Assembly: GCF_042660085.1 (NCBI RefSeq) | Contig: NZ_JBHSTI010000062.1 | Coordinates: 1-11,440 of the forward strand | Reading direction: 5' to 3' | From: Longivirga aurantiaca | GTDB taxonomy: Bacteria; Actinomycetota; Actinomycetes; S36-B12; CAIYMF01 | Length of the DNA: 11,440 bases | Shown here: in pieces, positions 7,242 through 11,440 of the stretch | Position numbering within the stretch: the stretch's first letter is position 1 | How the letters are laid out: each line of letters opens with the position of its first letter | Made by a program: the position numbers and the translations under genes | The notes under the pieces: model-generated | Told to the model about the DNA's origin: nothing | Databases searched by the model: none | The model's input: only the letters and a program-made list of their open reading frames with translations

Positions 7242-7341
7242 GGGTCGATCCTGCCCGAGGATCGGGTCGCCACCTATCCGGGCGCCGGCCGCCGGCCGCC
7301 GTGATGCGCGGGTGACGGCACCCCGGATCGATGCGGTGTGT

Positions 7342-7395
7342 GTGAAGGCCGGAATTGTTCGGCTCTATTGGATGAAGGTCGCCTTCATCGCAAAC
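7342..7395 (-). repeat. Dispersed structured repeat, copy C (54 nt, reverse orientation)
   Basis: Reverse complement is GTTTGCGATGAAGGCGACCTTCATCCAATAGAGCCGAACAATTCCGGCCTTCAC. Same length as copies A and B, and it shares 23 exact nt with copy D. Confidence 0.8.
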
Positions 7396-7425
7396 GGTGA
7401 GGCGGGCGGGGCCATGATGTGCGGC

Positions 7426-8889
7426 ATGCCTGCGACACCCCTCACCGGTGACCTCGGCGCGACGTACGCCCGGGTGGGCGCCGCGCTCGACCTGTTCCTC
7501 ACCGAGGACAGGCCCGACCCCGTCACGAGGCGGGCGGGCTGGACGAGCGCGCTCGAGCAGCCGCTGCCCGAGCACGGCGTGGGATCCGACGCCACGATGG
7601 CCGAGCTGCTCGACGTCGTCGTCCCGAACGGCACGCGGGTGTCCGACCCCGGCTTCTGGGGCTGGATCGTCACCGGCCCGTCGACGGTGCCGGCCGCGGC
7701 GGCCGCGGCCGCGCTGATCGCCGCGCCGCACCGCTACTCGATCACGGCGTCCAACCTGGTCGAGGACCTCTCGCTGCGCTGGCTGGCCGAGCTCTGCGGC
7801 CTCGGCGCGCACATGCGCGGCGTCTACTCCAGCGGCGGCTCGACCGCCAACCTCGTCGCCCTCGGCGCGGCCCGGCAGTGGGCGTTCGAGCAGCGCGGCC
7901 GCGACGTCGCGCGCGACGGCGTCGACGGCACCCCGCTCGCGCTCTACGCCTCGGCAGAGGTGCACCACACGATCCAGCGCAGCGCCGGGGTGCTCGGCAT
8001 CGGCCGCGCGCAGGTGCGGATGGTGCCGGTGGACGCCGACCTCCGCATGCGCCCCGACGCGCTCGAGGAGCTGATCGCGCGCGACGTCGCCGACGGCGTC
8101 GTCCCCGTGGCTGTCATCGGCACGGCCGGCACCACCAATACCGGCGCGATCGACCCGCTCCGCGCGGTCGGCGAGATCGCGCACCGGCACGGCGCCTGGT
8201 TCCACGTCGACGGCGCCTACGGGCTGCCGGGCAGCCTCGACGAGCGCGTGCGCCCTTTGTACGACGGCCTCGAGCTGGCCGACTCCGCGATCGTCGACCC
8301 GCACAAGTGGCTCGGCGTACCGGTCGGCACCGGCGCCACCTTCGTGCGCGACCGCGAGCTGCTGCGCCGGGCATTCACCCAGGAGCCCGCCGACTACCTC
8401 GCCCCCCAGGAGAGCAGCGACGCCGACGCCCAGACCTCGCTCGACGCGATGGGCGTTCCGTACGCCGACCTCGGGGTCGAGCTGACCGCGCCGGCGCGCG
8501 GTGTGGCGGTCTGGGCCGTTCTGCGCGAGCTCGGCCGCGAGGGCGTGGCCGCGCGCATCCGGCAGGACGACGACTTCGCCCGCCGCGTGGCCGACGAGGT
8601 CCGCGCGCACCCGCGGCTCGAGCTGCTCACCGAGCCCACCCTGTCGATCGTGTGCTTCCGGTACGCGCCAGGGCACGGCGTCGACGACGACGAGCTCGAC
8701 GCGCTGAACGCCGAGCTCGTGCACCGCCTGCACATCTCGACGCCATACGTGCCGAGCACCACCCGCGTCCGCGGCGTCCTCGCGATCCGGCCCTGCTTCG
8801 TCAACAGCCGCACCACCGACGAGGCGCTCGACGGCTTCACCGACACGGTCGTGGCCTTCGGTGACGCGCTGATCGCCGCCCGTCCCTGA
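7426..8889 (+). CDS. Group II pyridoxal phosphate-dependent decarboxylase / aspartate aminotransferase fold (aromatic-L-amino-acid decarboxylase-like)
   Basis: ~487 aa from MPATPLTGDLGATYARVGAALDLFL… with YSSGGSTANLVALGAAR, HVDGAYGLPG and the PLP-lysine motif DPHKWLGVPVGTG. The track ORF beginning at 7156 runs back through the antiporter and repeat C, so the true start is likely 7414 or 7426. Confidence 0.9.
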   Translation: MPATPLTGDLGATYARVGAALDLFLTEDRPDPVTRRAGWTSALEQPLPEHGVGSDATMAELLDVVVPNGTRVSDPGFWGWIVTGPSTVPAAAAAAALIAAPHRYSITASNLVEDLSLRWLAELCGLGAHMRGVYSSGGSTANLVALGAARQWAFEQRGRDVARDGVDGTPLALYASAEVHHTIQRSAGVLGIGRAQVRMVPVDADLRMRPDALEELIARDVADGVVPVAVIGTAGTTNTGAIDPLRAVGEIAHRHGAWFHVDGAYGLPGSLDERVRPLYDGLELADSAIVDPHKWLGVPVGTGATFVRDRELLRRAFTQEPADYLAPQESSDADAQTSLDAMGVPYADLGVELTAPARGVAVWAVLRELGREGVAARIRQDDDFARRVADEVRAHPRLELLTEPTLSIVCFRYAPGHGVDDDELDALNAELVHRLHISTPYVPSTTRVRGVLAIRPCFVNSRTTDEALDGFTDTVVAFGDALIAARP

Positions 8890-8901
8890 CCGACCCGCTC
8901 C

Positions 8902-8940
8902 GGATGCCTGTACGGCCTCTGTGCAGGCCTCCCGGCATCC
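8902..8940 (+). terminator. Two-tier stem-loop downstream of the decarboxylase
   Basis: Outer arms GGATGCC (8902-8908) and GGCATCC (8934-8940). Inner arms GGCCT…AGGCC. Lies 12 nt after the stop codon. Confidence 0.55.
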
Positions 8941-9014
8941 AGTGCGGGGCCTTGCGGGGGCGGCGCCCGGGGTTCGGCACGCCCCGGTCACGTGCGGGTC
9001 CTACGCTGCCGCAC

Positions 9015-11440
9015 ATGGCTGATCTCCTCCTCGGCGGACGCATCGACCCGACGACGGGCGAGCGCACCGCCGACACCTCGAGCGTCCCGACGTCCGACCT
9101 GACCACGCACGGCGTCATCGTCGGCATGACGGGCTCGGGCAAGACGGGTCTCGGCGTCGTCCTCATCGAGGAGTGCCTGTCGGCCGGGGTGCCCACGATC
9201 CTGATCGACCCCAAGGGCGACCTCACGAACCTGTGCCTGATCTTCCCCGAGCTGCTCGGCTCCGACTTCCGCCCGTGGGTCAACGACAGCGACGCACGGA
9301 AGGCGGGCCTCGACCTCGACGCGTTCGCCGAGCAGCAGGCGACGTCGTGGCGCGACGGCCTCGGCGGCTGGGGCATCGCACCCGAGCGGCTGGCCGCGCT
9401 GCGCGAGAAGGTCGACTTCACCATCTACACGCCGGGCTCGTCGGCCGGTACGCCGCTCAACATCGTCGGCTCGCTCAACGCCCCGCCGGCGGGCACCGAC
9501 CCCGAGGTGATGAGCGACGAGATCGACGGCTACGTCACCAGCCTGCTCGGCATGATCGGCGTCTCGGGCGACCCGCTCTCCTCGCGCGAGCACATCCTGC
9601 TGGCGAACATCATCCAGAACGCGTGGAGCCAGGGGCAGAACCTCGATCTCGGCCTGCTGCTCGCGCAGGTGCAGCAGCCCCCGATGCGCAAGCTCGGCTT
9701 CCTCGAGCTCGACGCGTTCTTCCCGCCGGCCGACCGCATGGCGTTCGCCATGAAGATCAACGGGCTGTTGGCATCCCCGTCGTTCGCCACGTGGCTCACT
9801 GGCGACCCGATCGACATCGAGTCGATGCTGCGTACGCCGGACGGCCGCCCGCGCTGCGCGATCGTGACGACCGCTCACCTCGACGACGAGCAGCGCCAGG
9901 CGGTCACCTCGCTGGTGCTCTCCAAGCTCGTCACGTGGATGCGCCGCCAGAGCGGCACCAGCGACCTGCGGGCGCTGCTCTACATGGACGAGGTCGCCGG
10001 CTACCTCCCGCCGACGGCGAACCCGCCCACGAAGAAGCCGATCATGCTGCTGCTCAAGCAGGCCCGAGCGTTCGGCCTCGGCGTGGTGCTCTCCACCCAG
10101 AACCCGGTCGACGTCGACTACAAGGCGCTGTCGAACGCCGGCACCTGGCTCATCGGCCGGCTGCAGACCGAGCAGGACAAGAACCGGCTCGTCGACGGTC
10201 TCTCGAGCGCCGCCGGCGGCGTCGACATCGGAGCGGTCAGCGACACGATCAGCAACCTCGGCAAGCGCCAGTTCCTGCTCAAGCGCGCGGGCAAGGACGT
10301 GCCCGAGGTGATGACCACGCGCTGGGCGATGAGCTATCTGCGCGGCCCGCTGACGCGCGACCAGATCGGCCGCGCGATGACGCCGACGGCTGCTCCCGAG
10401 GCGGCGGTGGCCGCACCCGTGGTCGGGGCGGCAGCGCTCGCATCCGCCACGGCTCCCGCCGTCGCACCCGCTGTGGAGCCCGCGGCCGCGACCGCGCCGG
10501 CGGCGGCGGCGTCGACCGCGGTGCCCGCTCCGGCCGCGCCGCCGGTGGTCGGCACGTCCACGCCCGCGGTCGCGGGCGATGACGAGACGCCCGTGATGCC
10601 GTCGGTCCCCGCGGGCGTGCCGGTCGCGTTCGTCGACCCGGCAGCGCCGTGGCTCGCGTCGGTGGGCTGCGTGCCCGGCGGCCAGCACCTGCGGGCCGGT
10701 GCCGTCGCGCGCGTGATGCTGCGCTACGACGACGTACCCGCCAACTACGTCCACGACGAGGAGTACGAGGCGGTCCTCACGACGCTGCCGCAGGTGCCGG
10801 CGTCCGCGGTGTTCACCGCCGTCGACTACGACGACCGCGACCTCGTGGCGAGCCCGCCCGTCGGCTCGGTCTACGCACTGCTGCCCGGCGAGGTGGTGAA
10901 GAAGCCGTACTGGACCGCCCTGCAGAAGGCGCTCGTCGACACCCTCGTGCGCACGCGCACCGAGGAGATCTACGTCAACAAGGCGCTCAAGGCCTACTCG
11001 CGGGCGGGCGAGACGCGCGGGGAGTTCATCGTGCGCTGCGAGGCCCTCGCGGGCGAGCAGGCCGACAAGGCCATGACTGCGCTGCGGACGAAGTACGCCA
11101 CCAAGCTCGACTCCGCGCGCCTCAAGGTCACCGACGCCCAGATCGCCGCGCAGGGTGCCCGAGCCGAGTACGACGCCAACTTCGGCATGGCCGCTACGGT
11201 CACCTCCGCGCTGGGCAGTCTGCTCGGCGGACGCCGCAGCCGGTCGTCGATCACGTCGCAGGCGCGCAAGGAGGCCACCGCCTCGGCCAAGCTCGGGTCG
11301 ACCGCCGCCAAGGCCGACGCCGCCGCCCGCGCCTACACCGACCTCGAGGCACGCCTCAACGAGGAGATCGTCGCGCTCGACGACCAGTGGAAGGCCACGG
11401 CGTCGACGGTCGAGACCAAGGCGGTGCCGCTGTCGAAGTC
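9015..11440 (+). CDS. HerA-like/DUF853-type ATP-binding protein (P-loop NTPase), 3' end outside the window
   Basis: Open frame of 808 codons plus 2 nt without a stop, from MADLLLGGRIDPTTGERTADTSSVPTSDLTTHGVIVGMTGSGKTGLGVVLIEECLSAGVPTILIDPKGDLTNL…. Walker A is GMTGSGKTG and Walker B is ALLYMDEVAGYLPP. Also present are VVLSTQNPVDVDYKALSNAGTWLIGRLQTEQDK, an Ala/Pro-rich linker and a charged C-terminal region. It is not listed in the ORF track because it has no stop in the window. Confidence 0.92.
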   Translation, partial: MADLLLGGRIDPTTGERTADTSSVPTSDLTTHGVIVGMTGSGKTGLGVVLIEECLSAGVPTILIDPKGDLTNLCLIFPELLGSDFRPWVNDSDARKAGLDLDAFAEQQATSWRDGLGGWGIAPERLAALREKVDFTIYTPGSSAGTPLNIVGSLNAPPAGTDPEVMSDEIDGYVTSLLGMIGVSGDPLSSREHILLANIIQNAWSQGQNLDLGLLLAQVQQPPMRKLGFLELDAFFPPADRMAFAMKINGLLASPSFATWLTGDPIDIESMLRTPDGRPRCAIVTTAHLDDEQRQAVTSLVLSKLVTWMRRQSGTSDLRALLYMDEVAGYLPPTANPPTKKPIMLLLKQARAFGLGVVLSTQNPVDVDYKALSNAGTWLIGRLQTEQDKNRLVDGLSSAAGGVDIGAVSDTISNLGKRQFLLKRAGKDVPEVMTTRWAMSYLRGPLTRDQIGRAMTPTAAPEAAVAAPVVGAAALASATAPAVAPAVEPAAATAPAAAASTAVPAPAAPPVVGTSTPAVAGDDETPVMPSVPAGVPVAFVDPAAPWLASVGCVPGGQHLRAGAVARVMLRYDDVPANYVHDEEYEAVLTTLPQVPASAVFTAVDYDDRDLVASPPVGSVYALLPGEVVKKPYWTALQKALVDTLVRTRTEEIYVNKALKAYSRAGETRGEFIVRCEALAGEQADKAMTALRTKYATKLDSARLKVTDAQIAAQGARAEYDANFGMAATVTSALGSLLGGRRSRSSITSQARKEATASAKLGSTAAKADAAARAYTDLEARLNEEIVALDDQWKATASTVETKAVPLSK

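Noticed and set aside
4202-7395. Possibility that the repeated 54-mers are a CRISPR array
   Set aside because: Copies are far apart in both orientations with gene-sized spacing, diverged sequences and no cas genes. They do not form a regularly spaced array.
5836-8991. 1051-aa minus-strand ORF spanning the antiporter, spacer and decarboxylase
   Set aside because: Composition artefact of high GC. It overlaps well-supported genes on both strands, crosses repeat C, and its translation is Arg/Gly/Ala-rich with no recognisable domain.
8988-10754. 588-aa minus-strand ORF and 469-aa plus-strand ORF (9173..10582) over the ATPase gene
   Set aside because: Shadow ORFs. The frame starting at 9015 has Walker A/B motifs and continues open to the window end.

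Overview
High-GC actinobacterial chromosomal segment, probably from the Nocardioidaceae or a related group (taxonomy is inference). Most genes are ordinary housekeeping or catabolic genes. From left to right: the 5' portion of upp (-); a tRNA-adenosine-deaminase-associated small protein and tadA (+); a minus-strand cluster transcribed SDR -> APH-like phosphotransferase -> acyl-CoA dehydrogenase; tRNA-Ser(CGA) (+) with encoded CCA and an abutting 22-bp perfect hairpin; a DUF202/YidH-like membrane protein (-); a ChaA-like Ca2+/H+ antiporter (-); a group II PLP-dependent decarboxylase (+); and a HerA-like/DUF853-type ATPase (+) that runs off the right edge. The best non-coding signal is a dispersed ~54-nt structured repeat family. 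It has three gap-free copies (4202-4255, 5646-5699, 7342-7395) and a fourth, degenerate copy carrying ~46 nt of extra hairpin-forming sequence (4278-4376). Other signals are a 16-nt exact duplication of the tRNA-Ser 3' end, a 21-bp near-perfect inverted repeat between convergent genes, and two intergenic hairpins sharing GGATGCC/GGCATCC arms. The phosphotransferase + acyl-CoA dehydrogenase + SDR cluster resembles bacterial 4-hydroxyacid (levulinate-type) catabolic modules and the domains fused in eukaryotic ACAD10/11. I did not find a convincing new defence or mobile system in the window.
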